64,000 nt of DNA from an uncultured Bacilli bacterium (lineage in GTDB: Bacteria > Bacillota_I > Bacilli_A > RF39 > UBA660). Both the position numbers and the translations under genes were made by a program. Positions within the stretch are counted from its first letter, which is position 1, and the number at the start of each line of letters is the position of its first letter. The DNA lies in NCBI GenBank assembly GCA_947626095.1, contig CANQQV010000003.1, forward strand, positions 1-64,000. Reading direction: 5' to 3'. Positions 50,022-60,866 of the stretch are shown here, one piece after another. The notes under the pieces are model-generated. The model made no database searches. It was not told where the DNA came from and was given only the letters and a program-made list of their open reading frames with translations.

Positions 50022-50588
50022 CTAAGCTCTACTTGAATACTTACCATCAAGAGTCGAAACGATAATCTTTTCCCCTTCTGTAATAAATAATGGAACCTTA
50101 ACAACATAACCGTTTTCCAAAACAGCATCCTTTTGTGCATTATTAGTTGTATTACCTTTAACTGCTTCAGTTGTTTCCGCAACAACATATTCAACTTTTT
50201 CAGGTAACGTTACCCCAATAATTTCACCTTGATAAAAATCGATTTGAACTTCCATATTTTCTTTTAAGAATTTCTTTTCTTCTACTAATTTATCTTCTGT
50301 AATTTCAATTTGTTCATATGTTTCATTATCCATGAATACATATCCTGTACCACTATTATATAAATAAGCCATTTTCTTTTTGTCAACATGAGCTTTTTCA
50401 ACTTTAACACTACTATTAATAGTTTCTTCTATAATGGCACCTGTTCTTAAATTACGCATTTTAACTTTCATGAAAGCAGCACCTTTACCAGGTTTAACAT
50501 GTTGGAAACTTTGTACTAAATATAGTTTACCATCATAAATGATAGTCATTCCATTTTTAATATCATTAATATTAATTAAGCCGTTCAT
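50022..50588 (-). CDS. efp: Elongation factor P
   Basis: HVKPGKGAAF, FMDNETYEQ and VKVPLFITEGE. Confidence 0.97.
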   Translation of the reverse strand: MNGLININDIKNGMTIIYDGKLYLVQSFQHVKPGKGAAFMKVKMRNLRTGAIIEETINSSVKVEKAHVDKKKMAYLYNSGTGYVFMDNETYEQIEITEDKLVEEKKFLKENMEVQIDFYQGEIIGVTLPEKVEYVVAETTEAVKGNTTNNAQKDAVLENGYVVKVPLFITEGEKIIVSTLDGKYSSRA

Positions 50589-50604
50589 TTTTTCACCCTC
50601 TTAA

Positions 50605-50769
50605 CTATTTCTTTTCTTTATGAACAGTTGATTTATTACACCATTTACAAAATTTTTTGATTTCTAATTTATCTGTTGTATTCTTTTTGTTTTTTTGTGT
50701 AACATAGTTTTCATGTTTACATTCAGTACAAACTAGAGTAATATTAGGTCTATTTTCATTTTTTGCCAT
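50605..50769 (-). CDS. rpmG: 50S ribosomal protein L33 (zinc-binding form)
   Basis: Hand translation [54 protein letters not shown] with SD GGAGG. Absent from the ORF track. Confidence 0.95.
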   Translation of the reverse strand: MAKNENRPNITLVCTECKHENYVTQKNKKNTTDKLEIKKFCKWCNKSTVHKEKK

Positions 50770-50816
50770 AGTACTGCCCTCCTTTTTTAATCCGTTCCTA
50801 TTGTATCATATATTTT

Positions 50817-52706
50817 TTATTTTTCAAATACTAATTTACTTACTTCTTGCGAAATATAGCGATTTATTGGGGCAATATACCCATCTTGACGATTATTATA
50901 AGCAATATTCGGACTCATAACGACTATTGAATACTCTGGATCATCATATGGTGCAAACATTGCATAAGTATGATTAATTGTTGTTACATCCTTACTATAT
51001 ACTACTTCTGAAGTCCCTGTCTTACCTGCTGGTTTATACTTTAAATCTGTATATCCTCTACCTGTACCATTATATAATACTTGTCTAAATCCTTCTTTAA
51101 TACGAGAAAAATTAGATTCTACTACATTTAATAAATTAGGTTCATAGCTATATACTACCTTATTTTTATTTCTAACTTCTTTTAAATAATGTAGTGCATA
51201 CCTCTTACCTGAAGTAGCTATAGTATTAATATAATTAGATAAACCAAGTGGTGTATAAGTATCATACTGTCCAATACTTAAATTAAGTAATAAGTCCGGC
51301 GCTACTTTCTTTCCTTTAATGCCCGTTGTTTCATTTTCTAAGTCAATACCTGTACTAGCTCCTAAACCAAAAGAACCAAAGACTTCACGATATATCTTAA
51401 AATGTTCATCATTAACATCTAACTTCATATTATATTTATACTTTTGCCCCGTTAATTTAATAGCTGTCATAAACTGATAATAATTACTCGATGTTTTTAA
51501 CGCTGTTATATCATCAATTAAACCTAATCTTTTAAAAGAACACTTCGTTGGTACTTGATAAAGTTTAACACACGAATCATTAATCTTCTTACCTATCTCA
51601 ATTAAATCATTTTGATACCCAACCGTATGTGAAGCTCCTTTAACTACTGATCCCACTGTATAAGACGAAGTTAAAATATTAGTTGTAACATCATGATAAC
51701 TATCTTTTACTTTACTAAGTCCCGTACTAGCAATAATCTCTCCTGTATTTGGATCACTAACAATTACATATGAAGTATTATAATATTTTGTATACTTATA
51801 ATTCTTACTTTTATCTAAATACTTCTTTAATATCTCATTTATCTTTAGTTGTAAATCTATATCTATAGTTAAATATATGTCACTACCTTGTTTAGCTGAA
51901 CTAATTAAAGTTAAAGTATTATCATCATTTACTAAATACTTAGCTTTTTCTCCCTTTAAATATTCATCATATTCTTTCTCTAAATAACTTAAACCAACCA
52001 TATCATTAAGCGAATAACCTAATCCTAAATAATAATCTTTATTTTCTTTAGTAATCTTTCCTACTTTACCATATATATCATTCAAAGTATCATAAAGATA
52101 TATTCTTTCTGTTGTATATTCACAATTAAGCCCATTAATATTCTTTTCATTTACTAAAGCACATACTTTATCAGAAACATTACTCTCAATAATCTTACTA
52201 TCATAATAATACCCATTATTAAGTAAATAATATAAATATATTATCTGTTTTTCCTCTTTACTATAACCTAAGTATTTATCTAATCTCTCTTTTTTTATTT
52301 CTTCAACTTCTGTTGTACTTAATTTCCTTCTTGCATATAATTCTTTTTCTTCCTTCGTTAACAAATTATCAGTTTCATTATATTTTAAATAAAAATTCTT
52401 TTGACTATCAACATCTGCTTCACGAACATCATCTAAAATCGTCAATAAAGTACGAGCTACACTTAAAGTATCAATATTATCTAAATTATGATATACAATC
52501 GTATTAATTCCTTTATTATCAACAAGTACCTTCCCATTACGATCTAATATCCTTCCTCTTGGTGCATTAAGTCCATAAACTATTTTATTAGTTGCATTCA
52601 AATACTTTTCATAGTAATAATCATATTTACCATAAGCAATATATGTATACCTAGCCACTATAACTGCTATTAAAGTAAAAATTAAAATATAATAGATTTT
52701 TTTCAT
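50817..52706 (-). CDS. Class B penicillin-binding protein (PbpA/PBP2a-like)
   Basis: APRGRILDRNG, GSVVK, SSN, IGQYDTYTPL and GKTGTSE. Confidence 0.92.
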   Translation of the reverse strand: MKKIYYILIFTLIAVIVARYTYIAYGKYDYYYEKYLNATNKIVYGLNAPRGRILDRNGKVLVDNKGINTIVYHNLDNIDTLSVARTLLTILDDVREADVDSQKNFYLKYNETDNLLTKEEKELYARRKLSTTEVEEIKKERLDKYLGYSKEEKQIIYLYYLLNNGYYYDSKIIESNVSDKVCALVNEKNINGLNCEYTTERIYLYDTLNDIYGKVGKITKENKDYYLGLGYSLNDMVGLSYLEKEYDEYLKGEKAKYLVNDDNTLTLISSAKQGSDIYLTIDIDLQLKINEILKKYLDKSKNYKYTKYYNTSYVIVSDPNTGEIIASTGLSKVKDSYHDVTTNILTSSYTVGSVVKGASHTVGYQNDLIEIGKKINDSCVKLYQVPTKCSFKRLGLIDDITALKTSSNYYQFMTAIKLTGQKYKYNMKLDVNDEHFKIYREVFGSFGLGASTGIDLENETTGIKGKKVAPDLLLNLSIGQYDTYTPLGLSNYINTIATSGKRYALHYLKEVRNKNKVVYSYEPNLLNVVESNFSRIKEGFRQVLYNGTGRGYTDLKYKPAGKTGTSEVVYSKDVTTINHTYAMFAPYDDPEYSIVVMSPNIAYNNRQDGYIAPINRYISQEVSKLVFEK

Positions 52707-52768
52707 AAACTCACCATTATTAGTATTAAAAAAAGCTCATTTATCATACAATATTTATAGGTGATTAG

Positions 52769-53029
52769 ATGTTTGTATTAATTGAAAGATATATAAATAA
52801 TTTAACTATCCATGATTTAAATAACTTAGCTATTACCAAAGATATTTATTTAAGTCCTGAAGAACTAGAATTCTCTTATGAATTCATTAAGAAAAATTGG
52901 CAAAGTATTTTATCTAATCATGGTATCTTCGATATCAATAAATATAAAAGTCATTATAGTGAAGAAAATTTTACTAAGATTAAAAAACTTATTAAAGAAT
53001 ACTCCATCAAATATCGAAACTATTTATAA
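52769..53029 (+). CDS. Small hypothetical protein (YqfT/DUF2624-like)
   Basis: SD AGGTG and an 86-aa helical ORF (INNLT..DL..LA....I.LS.EE) with a downstream terminator. Family call tentative. Confidence 0.65.
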   Translation: MFVLIERYINNLTIHDLNNLAITKDIYLSPEELEFSYEFIKKNWQSILSNHGIFDINKYKSHYSEENFTKIKKLIKEYSIKYRNYL

Positions 53030-53031
53030 CG

Positions 53032-53063
53032 AAAAATTAGAGTGCCAAACTCTAATTTTTTTT
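53032..53063. terminator. Bidirectional terminator between convergent genes
   Basis: aaaaattagagt-gccaa-actctaattttt. Confidence 0.8.
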
Positions 53064-54069
53064 AACTAAACAAACCTAGTTTTTTTCCTTCCGTAATTAC
53101 CATATCATGAATAAGTTTATAATTATTTTCATTTTTAATATTTTGACTTTCCCCTTTAATATCATATTCCGTTACATTACCATCAACGAATACAACATAA
53201 TTTACTCTATGCCTATATTTATCGTAACCAATAGCATAATACTCTTTATCATCATCATTACCTTGATAATATATTTTTTTATCATTTATATCACAAAAGA
53301 AGATTCCTTTATCATAAACTTTTTTATATATTTGCTTATCCATTTCTTGATATCCGTTCGCCTTTAAATATTTAATAAGATTATTATCTACTTGGTTTAT
53401 ACTATCTTTATTATCTTCTATTAATTTAAGTTTAATCTTATTTTCTTTAGTTTCTCCCATATAATCTTTATAACTTATTTCAATATATAAATTATCTTTA
53501 TTATTTACTAAAACATTATATAAACTTAACTTATTATTTTTACTTTCTCCTATTGTTACATAATTATATTTATTTTTTTTTACTATTTCTTCTTTACTAT
53601 CTTCATTTTCATAATATAAAGTTAAACTAAATTCTGGTTGTAATGGATAATCAATTACTTTAAACTCACCCATATTTAACCATAATTTATCTTTGGTAAT
53701 TATTAGATAACTATCTTCTAAACTATAATATTCATCATCTAAAACAATTTTATAAACCTTAGCTTTATCATAATTATTTATTAAAAATATAAATGAAAAT
53801 AATATAACCATAACCAAACTGGCAATTACTAACCACAGAATTTTAATCTTCAATTTATTTTTTTTATTTTCTAACTGTTCTAAAATATCAACGTCTAAAA
53901 TTTTTTCAATTCTTTTAATCATTTCATAGTCAGGAAGATTCTTACCAGTTTCCCAATTACTAATAGCTTTATCACTTATCTTTAACTTATCCGCTAACTC
54001 TTGTTGAGTAATACCTTTTGCTTTTCTCGCTTCATTAATAAGTTTACCAATATCTATTTTATCTTTCAT
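53062..54069 (-). CDS. XRE-family HTH protein with TM and extracytoplasmic domain
   Basis: ITQQELADKLKISDKAISNWETGKNLPD followed by a TM helix. Confidence 0.85.
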   Translation of the reverse strand: MKDKIDIGKLINEARKAKGITQQELADKLKISDKAISNWETGKNLPDYEMIKRIEKILDVDILEQLENKKNKLKIKILWLVIASLVMVILFSFIFLINNYDKAKVYKIVLDDEYYSLEDSYLIITKDKLWLNMGEFKVIDYPLQPEFSLTLYYENEDSKEEIVKKNKYNYVTIGESKNNKLSLYNVLVNNKDNLYIEISYKDYMGETKENKIKLKLIEDNKDSINQVDNNLIKYLKANGYQEMDKQIYKKVYDKGIFFCDINDKKIYYQGNDDDKEYYAIGYDKYRHRVNYVVFVDGNVTEYDIKGESQNIKNENNYKLIHDMVITEGKKLGLFS

Positions 54070-54089
54070 CTTATCTTCCTTCCTTTATT

Positions 54090-54620
54090 TTAATCTTTAA
54101 CTACTTTAGCCGAATATGGATATATTAAATCTTCAATAAAATATCTAAAAGAATAATAAGAATATGGATCTACTCCATCTTTATCCGCTACTTCTTTTAT
54201 CATTTCTTCATATTTATAGGCACTTTCCATTCGTCTTAAATACTCATAATAATCTATATATTCGGTTTCTAAAACTTTAGTCACTTTATAACTTTCATTT
54301 GTCTCACATTTTGTTGCCACTTTAACCGGTGTATCTTTCGTAAAATAATCATAAAAGTGAAACATAACAATATTATAATCCGTAATACGGGCATTATTAA
54401 GTTCATAATACTTTTCTGGATTATCCGTTATATCATAGAGTTCTTGAAGTGTATAAGGATTTTCATCTAGTTTAAATTTTTCTTCTGTATCATTTTCTTT
54501 TATACTATTCTTTTCTTTATCAACTACTTTATAAACTAATACGGTCGCCCCAACCCCAATTAAAATTCCAACCAATAATATAATTACCATAACTATTTTC
54601 ATTTTAAAATCTTTTTTCAC
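54090..54620 (-). CDS. Hypothetical membrane-anchored protein
   Basis: GTG start with SD AGGAG and an N-terminal TM. Confidence 0.7.
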   Translation of the reverse strand: MKKDFKMKIVMVIILLVGILIGVGATVLVYKVVDKEKNSIKENDTEEKFKLDENPYTLQELYDITDNPEKYYELNNARITDYNIVMFHFYDYFTKDTPVKVATKCETNESYKVTKVLETEYIDYYEYLRRMESAYKYEEMIKEVADKDGVDPYSYYSFRYFIEDLIYPYSAKVVKD

Positions 54621-54741
54621 TATCTCACTCTCCTTTCTCTTTCCAAATTAAACTAATTTTTGACAATTAACAACCTAGACTTACGAGAACTAAATTTAAA
54701 AAATTCTAGTTTTACTAGAATTCTATTTTGAAGAGAAAAAT

Positions 54742-56061
54742 TTATTTTATACTTTTCTTTATCTGCTCAATACGTGTTAATTCTTCTTTAATCCCTTTTT
54801 CTTTACCAATACTTGATGGATGATAATATTTCTTATCTTTTAATTCATCAGGTAAACACTGCATATTAGTTATTTTATTCTCTGTATTATGCGCATACTG
54901 ATAGTTAGCACCATATCCTAATTCACCATCTAACTTAGTAACTGCATTACGTAAATCTAATGGTACTTTAACATCAGCAGTTGCAATCGCATCTCTTTTA
55001 ACTGCTTCATAAGCCGTATATAATGAATTTGATTTAGGTGAAACACTTAAATAAACCACAGCTTGTGCCAAATTAACGTTACATTCAGGCATTCCATTAT
55101 AATGAGCTGCTTCATAAGCCGAAGTAGCTTGAACTAAAGCACTCGGATTAGCAAGACCAATATCTTCTGAAGCAAAACGAATTAAACGACGAGCAACATA
55201 TAAAGGATCTTCCCCAGCTTCTAACATACGTGCTAAATAATATAAAGCCGCATCAGGATCACTATTACGCATTGATTTATGTAAAGCTGATATTAAATTA
55301 TAATGTTCTTCACCCTTTTTATCATATAAGAACGTCTTTTTATTAACCATTTTCGAAATTAAAGCTTTAGTAATTTCTTTTTTATTACTTTTAACCGGTG
55401 TAACATTTAAAATATTTTCCAAAGTATTTAAAGCATTTCTTGCATCGCCATTACTTAAAGTTGCAATCGCACTTAACGCATCATCCTTAATACTTATTTT
55501 TATTGAATTATTTTCATTTTCTTTAGTTATAGCATTTATTAAGACTTTCTTAATATCTTCTTCTGTTAAACTATTTAAAACATAGACTTTAGTTCTTGAA
55601 AGTAAGGCGCTATTAACTTCAAAAGAAGGATTTTCTGTTGTCGCTCCAATTAAAATAATATCGCCACTTTCAACATATGGTAAAAAAGCATCTTGTTGCG
55701 CTTTATTAAAGCGATGAATTTCATCAACAAACAAAATTGTCCTTCTACCACTAACTTTATTAAATTCTGCTTCTGTAATTATTTCTTTAATATCTTTAAC
55801 TCCAGAAGTAACTGCACTTAATTGTTTAAAAACTGAATTAGTTTTATTAGCAATTATTTTAGCTAAAGTTGTTTTACCAACCCCTGGTGGTCCCCAAAAG
55901 ATCATTGATGTAACTAAATCATTTTCAATCATTTCTCTTAAAGGTGAATTAGGTCCCACTACTTCTTCTTGCCCAATAAAATCATCTAAAGACTGAGGAC
56001 GCATTTTCTCCGCTAAAGGTTTATATACTTCATTATCTAATTCACTAAATAAATTCTCCAT
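54742..56061 (-). CDS. rarA: Replication-associated recombination protein A
   Basis: [30 protein letters not shown] and [15 protein letters not shown]. Confidence 0.96.
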   Translation of the reverse strand: MENLFSELDNEVYKPLAEKMRPQSLDDFIGQEEVVGPNSPLREMIENDLVTSMIFWGPPGVGKTTLAKIIANKTNSVFKQLSAVTSGVKDIKEIITEAEFNKVSGRRTILFVDEIHRFNKAQQDAFLPYVESGDIILIGATTENPSFEVNSALLSRTKVYVLNSLTEEDIKKVLINAITKENENNSIKISIKDDALSAIATLSNGDARNALNTLENILNVTPVKSNKKEITKALISKMVNKKTFLYDKKGEEHYNLISALHKSMRNSDPDAALYYLARMLEAGEDPLYVARRLIRFASEDIGLANPSALVQATSAYEAAHYNGMPECNVNLAQAVVYLSVSPKSNSLYTAYEAVKRDAIATADVKVPLDLRNAVTKLDGELGYGANYQYAHNTENKITNMQCLPDELKDKKYYHPSSIGKEKGIKEELTRIEQIKKSIK

Positions 56062-56139
56062 AAATATCACCTTTGATTAATGTTATTATATCATAATACA
56101 TTTGTTTGTGAATAAAATTAATAAAAAAGAAGTAATTTC

Positions 56140-57051
56140 TTACTTCTTGTAATAAGCTCTTATCTTATTTCTAAAATCAGGATCAAATTCTTTATTACGA
56201 ATCATTTCAATTTCAAAACGATATGGTGGATATATACGTTCCTTATCTTCATCATTCTCCCCTATATAAGGTGTTTCTAATATTTTAGGAACATTCTCTA
56301 ACTTCTCATGATAAATAATCTTAATTAAGTTATTAAAACCAATATTTCCAATTCCTATATTTTCATGACGATCTTTATGTGAACCTAAAACATTCTTTGA
56401 ATCATTTATATGAATACACCCTATTTTATCTAAACCTATTTTAGATTCAAATTCATCTAAGAAAGCATCAAAATCACTTATGTCATAACCGCCATCAAAT
56501 AAATGGCAAGTATCTAAACAAACCCCAATTTGTTCTTGTCTATTAGTATTCTTAACTAAATAAGCTATTTCATCTAATGTACAACCACATTCACTGCCTT
56601 TACCAGCCATCGTTTCAAGTAATATCTTACATTTAGTCGTTCCATCTAATATTGTATTTAAAGCTTCAACAATATTCTTTAAACCTTCTTCTTTAGTTAT
56701 ATCAACGGCATTACCTGGATGTAAAACCATTTTCGTAATCTGCATTTCATCGCATCTTTTAAGCTCATTACGAATAAAATTAATACTAAATTCATACTTA
56801 GATAAATCTTTTTTACTACCTAAATTAACAATATATGGAGCATGACAAACAACATTATTAATATCTATATTATTTTCTTGCATTAAAGCTAAAGCTTCAT
56901 CTATATATTTAGTTTCAATATCTTTTCTAATTGTATTAGTTGGTGCCCCAGTATAAAACATAAAAGTATTCGCCTTATAACTTAAAGCTTCTTTTAATGA
57001 ACCGAGTATTTGATCTTTTCCAAAAGACACATGACTACCAATTATTAACAT
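56140..57051 (-). CDS. nfo: Endonuclease IV
   Basis: IGSHVS, HAPYIVNL, LETMAGKG, CLDTCH, HINDSK, DRHENIG and ILETP. Confidence 0.96.
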   Translation of the reverse strand: MLIIGSHVSFGKDQILGSLKEALSYKANTFMFYTGAPTNTIRKDIETKYIDEALALMQENNIDINNVVCHAPYIVNLGSKKDLSKYEFSINFIRNELKRCDEMQITKMVLHPGNAVDITKEEGLKNIVEALNTILDGTTKCKILLETMAGKGSECGCTLDEIAYLVKNTNRQEQIGVCLDTCHLFDGGYDISDFDAFLDEFESKIGLDKIGCIHINDSKNVLGSHKDRHENIGIGNIGFNNLIKIIYHEKLENVPKILETPYIGENDEDKERIYPPYRFEIEMIRNKEFDPDFRNKIRAYYKK

Positions 57052-57090
57052 TTAAATCACCTAAAGTAAATTATAACAAAAAAAGATAGA

Positions 57091-57651
57091 TTATTCTATC
57101 TTTTCACTTAGACACTTACTTGAATATTTATTACCAGTACCGCCCTTATCAGTACTTGTACTAGCAAATTCTTTACGAACACTATGCGCAAATTCTTCTT
57201 GATCAAATTTAGTAATTCCTTTATTTAATTTTAAATCATCAATTTTACTAGCTTCATAACCAGCAATAACATATTCTTTATCAGTTAACCAAATACTATA
57301 AAAGAAATTATTATTCTTTTCTTCTACAACAACATATCCATCCCAATTATCATATGTTTTAGTTGTAAAATCATTATTAACTAAACCATCTAAGGTAATA
57401 CACATTCCCTTACTTTCCCCATTGTTACTAGTTACAATATACTCTGTATTATTCAAATGAGAGTAATTATTATAAGCTATCTTAGCTGCTTCAATAATTG
57501 AATTAGCTTCTTGCTTTAAATTAATTGTTTTTTGATTATTAGTTGCTAATGTTACAATAGCTACTCCTCCTAATACAAAACAAGCTACTAAAACAACCAT
57601 ACATAGTATTTCAAGTTTTGAAAAATTAATTTTGTCTTTATATTTATCCAT
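57091..57651 (-). CDS. Hypothetical pilin-like membrane protein
   Basis: KINFSKLEIL followed by a hydrophobic helix, resembling a degenerate prepilin leader. Two Cys in the globular domain. Confidence 0.55.
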   Translation of the reverse strand: MDKYKDKINFSKLEILCMVVLVACFVLGGVAIVTLATNNQKTINLKQEANSIIEAAKIAYNNYSHLNNTEYIVTSNNGESKGMCITLDGLVNNDFTTKTYDNWDGYVVVEEKNNNFFYSIWLTDKEYVIAGYEASKIDDLKLNKGITKFDQEEFAHSVRKEFASTSTDKGGTGNKYSSKCLSEKIE

Positions 57652-57706
57652 ATTATCACCATATATTCTATACATATTTTAATATAAAGACCAATAAAAT
57701 ACAATA

Positions 57707-57925
57707 TTATTCTAAAGTACTTATAATACTACTAACTACTTCCATATCATCTATAAAATTAGACACTTTATCACTTAATCTTAAATTATATTTTTCTTTA
57801 ATTATTTTCTTAAATTCATTATAAAAATTAGGATTACGATTTAAATCTTTTATAAAGTACGAATTTTCTTTTAAATAATCCATCATTTTATCTTTTTGTA
57901 AATTTTCTAATACTATTCTTTCCAT
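57707..57925 (-). CDS. YlbE-like protein
   Basis: YLKENSYFIKDLNRNP...F, downstream of a YlbD-like gene. ATG follows GGTG-6 nt. Confidence 0.7.
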   Translation of the reverse strand: MERIVLENLQKDKMMDYLKENSYFIKDLNRNPNFYNEFKKIIKEKYNLRLSDKVSNFIDDMEVVSSIISTLE

Positions 57926-57926
57926 T

Positions 57927-58268
57927 TTAATCACCAAAAAATTTCGATAATGGTCTTGCAATATCTGGTTTAACATTATTATTTATATTTTCGGTTGTCT
58001 TGGTTGCTAATTCACTAAAAATATCTAAAGCTTTCTGCGCATTTTCGATATGTTTCTGTAAAGCATCTGGATCAAACTTTTCCATATAATCAGCTATTTT
58101 CTTTGTTGGTTTCTCATCTTTTTTACTATACTTACTCCATATTTTTTCATCCTCCCCATACAAATCATATAATTCATAAAACTTTTGCCATGTCATTTCA
58201 TTATTTTCCACATAAGTAGCTAACTCTGGCTTTGTTTTAACAAACTCTTTAAATTGTTCTTTTGCCAT
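57927..58268 (-). CDS. YlbD-like (spore coat family) protein
   Basis: FKEFVKTKPEL and TWQKFYELYDLYGEDEKIWSKY. Confidence 0.75.
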   Translation of the reverse strand: MAKEQFKEFVKTKPELATYVENNEMTWQKFYELYDLYGEDEKIWSKYSKKDEKPTKKIADYMEKFDPDALQKHIENAQKALDIFSELATKTTENINNNVKPDIARPLSKFFGD

Positions 58269-58314
58269 AAAAAAATCACCTATTAAATTTTATGTTTAAT
58301 AAGTGATTTTTTGT

Positions 58315-60861
58315 CTATAATTTAAAATCATCAATAAAATCATCAATGGTTAATTCTTCTGATTTTGTCGTTTCTTCTGTTTCTACTTCTCCTTCATCTT
58401 TAGCCACAACTTTATTATCACTATTATCATTTAATTCTAACTTACATTCTCTTACTTCAGCTACTTTAAATGTATCTTCTAAAGCTGTTTTACAAATTGT
58501 ACTTCCCGTTGATAATAAATCCATAATTGGTAATTCTGAAGCTTTTATTTCGTTAAATTCACCATCTGTTTTAATACCAATTGTATCACGCATATTAACT
58601 GCTAATACATTTAGTACTTCATAATTAGTTGATTTAACTTTTTTAATTAACATACTACCTTTTTTCGCACGATTCATTTCTTCCAGTTCACTCATCTTAA
58701 TTCTCTTTGCCGTACTCTTATTTGTAAATACTGCTAAATATTCATCACTATCAGTTGGTGAAAGACAAGTAACAACTTCATCATCTTTAACATTAATTCC
58801 TTTAACACCAGATGCTTTAGCTCCTACAAGTGGTATTTCATTAGCATCAATATTAATATAACGACCAGTCTTTGTTACAAAAATAGCTCGACCATTATCT
58901 GGACATACTGAAACTAATTCATCACCATCTTTTAACTTCATTGCATTAATTGGTTTCGTATAACGACTAACTATTAAATCTTCTAAATTAGTACGTTTAG
59001 TTATACCATTACGTGTCGTCATAATAACATTAGTCTGTTTATTGTCTAAAATCATTGCAGAAATAATTTTTTCTTCCGCGCCAATTTGAATTAAATTACT
59101 AATGTGTTTGCCTAGTTCTTTCCACTTAGTTTCTACTATTTCATGAACTGGAACATATAAATAATGTCCTAAATTAGTAAACATTAATAATGTATCTAAA
59201 GTTGTTGTACTATATATACCTCTTATAAAGTCACCAGGTTTTAACGTAGTTTGTTCACCAGAAGCACTAACATAAGATTTTAATGGAATACGTTTAACAT
59301 AACCATCATTAGTTGCTACAACAATAACATTTTCTTTCGCAATCATATCCATTGCATCAATCTTTATTTCGACAACTTCATCACGAATTTCCGTACGACG
59401 AGGATTAGCAAATTCTTTCTTAATTTCATTAATCTCAATCTTCATTTGACGTTTTAAGATATTTTCATCATTTAATATTGAATTTAAGAACTCTATCATA
59501 CGTTCCAAATCGCTTTTTTCACCTAATAATTGATTAATATCTGTATTAGATAAACGATATAATTGCATTGTTACAATTGCTGTTGCTTGTTCTTCTGTAA
59601 AATCAAATTCTTTAACTAAATTTACAATACAATCAGCTTTATTTTTTGAAGCTCTAATCGTCTTAATTACTTCATCTAAAACATCTATTGCTTTAAGTAA
59701 ACCTTCAACAATATGCAAACGTGCTTTAGCATGTTCTAAATCAAATCTTGTACGTCTTAAAATAACATCTTTTTGATGAGCAATAAACGCATCTAAGATT
59801 TCTAAGATTCCTACTTGTTTAGGTCGACGATTAACTATCGCTACCATATTAAAGTTATAGTTTATTTGTAATTCTGTATTTTTAAGTAAATAGTTTAAAA
59901 TTAATTCAGCATTAGCTTCCTTTTTAAGTTCAATAATAATCTTGGCCATATGCTCTTTATCAGAAACATCAACCACATCAACTATGCCATCTACTTTTTT
60001 ATCTATTTTAATATCTTCTATTTTTTTACGTAATTGTTCTTTTAAAACATCATAAGGTATTTCATGAATAATAATTTGATGAATTCCACGTTCTTTAACA
60101 ATTTCCGTTTTAGCTTTAACTACAACTTTACCACGACCAGTTGAATAAGCTTCAATTAAACCTTCTTTACCTTCAACTACTCCACCAGTTGGAAAGTCAG
60201 GTCCTTTGATAATATTTAAAATTGTATCTAAACGACAATTTGGATTATCAATACGATGGATTGTTGCATCTATTACTTCCCCTAAATTATGGGGTGGAAT
60301 ATTAGTTGCATAACCAGCTGAAATACCAGTTGAACCATTTACTAAAAGGTTTGGAAAATAAGCTGGTAAAACTGTTGGTTCTAAATCTTCATCACTATAA
60401 TTTAATGTCATTTCAACTGCATTACGATTGATATCTTTAAGCATCATTTGTGCTAACTTAGTAAGTCTTGTCTCGGTATAACGATAAGCAGCTGGTCCAT
60501 CACCATCAATTGATCCATTATTACCATGAATATCAATAAATGGTTCACGCATCTTCCAAGCTTGTGACATATATATCATCGCACCATAGATACTTGAATC
60601 ACCATGTGGATGGTATTTTCCCATTACATCCCCAACTGCTTTAGCACATTTACGATATGGATGATCAAACGTATTTTTATCTTCCCACATCGTATATAAA
60701 ATACGTCTTTGAACTGGTTTTAAACCATCACGTACATCCGGTAACGCACGATCTTGAATAATACTTTTAGAGTATCTTCCAAAACGATCACCCATTATGT
60801 CTTCTAAAGTATAATCATAGATTTTCTCAATAATTGTTTTCTCTTCTTTTGCTTTTGCCAT
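58315..60861 (-). CDS. parC: DNA topoisomerase IV subunit A
   Basis: LEDIMGDRFGRYSKSIIQDRALPDVRDGLKPVQRR and GNNGSIDGD, typical of Firmicutes ParC. Confidence 0.93.
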   Translation of the reverse strand: MAKAKEEKTIIEKIYDYTLEDIMGDRFGRYSKSIIQDRALPDVRDGLKPVQRRILYTMWEDKNTFDHPYRKCAKAVGDVMGKYHPHGDSSIYGAMIYMSQAWKMREPFIDIHGNNGSIDGDGPAAYRYTETRLTKLAQMMLKDINRNAVEMTLNYSDEDLEPTVLPAYFPNLLVNGSTGISAGYATNIPPHNLGEVIDATIHRIDNPNCRLDTILNIIKGPDFPTGGVVEGKEGLIEAYSTGRGKVVVKAKTEIVKERGIHQIIIHEIPYDVLKEQLRKKIEDIKIDKKVDGIVDVVDVSDKEHMAKIIIELKKEANAELILNYLLKNTELQINYNFNMVAIVNRRPKQVGILEILDAFIAHQKDVILRRTRFDLEHAKARLHIVEGLLKAIDVLDEVIKTIRASKNKADCIVNLVKEFDFTEEQATAIVTMQLYRLSNTDINQLLGEKSDLERMIEFLNSILNDENILKRQMKIEINEIKKEFANPRRTEIRDEVVEIKIDAMDMIAKENVIVVATNDGYVKRIPLKSYVSASGEQTTLKPGDFIRGIYSTTTLDTLLMFTNLGHYLYVPVHEIVETKWKELGKHISNLIQIGAEEKIISAMILDNKQTNVIMTTRNGITKRTNLEDLIVSRYTKPINAMKLKDGDELVSVCPDNGRAIFVTKTGRYINIDANEIPLVGAKASGVKGINVKDDEVVTCLSPTDSDEYLAVFTNKSTAKRIKMSELEEMNRAKKGSMLIKKVKSTNYEVLNVLAVNMRDTIGIKTDGEFNEIKASELPIMDLLSTGSTICKTALEDTFKVAEVRECKLELNDNSDNKVVAKDEGEVETEETTKSEELTIDDFIDDFKL

Positions 60862-60866
60862 CTTGA

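Noticed and set aside
56097-56108. Degenerate LexA-like box (AAACAAATGTAT) in the rarA promoter
   Set aside because: It has two mismatches in the GAAC/GTTY core in a very AT-rich context. Plausible but unsupported.
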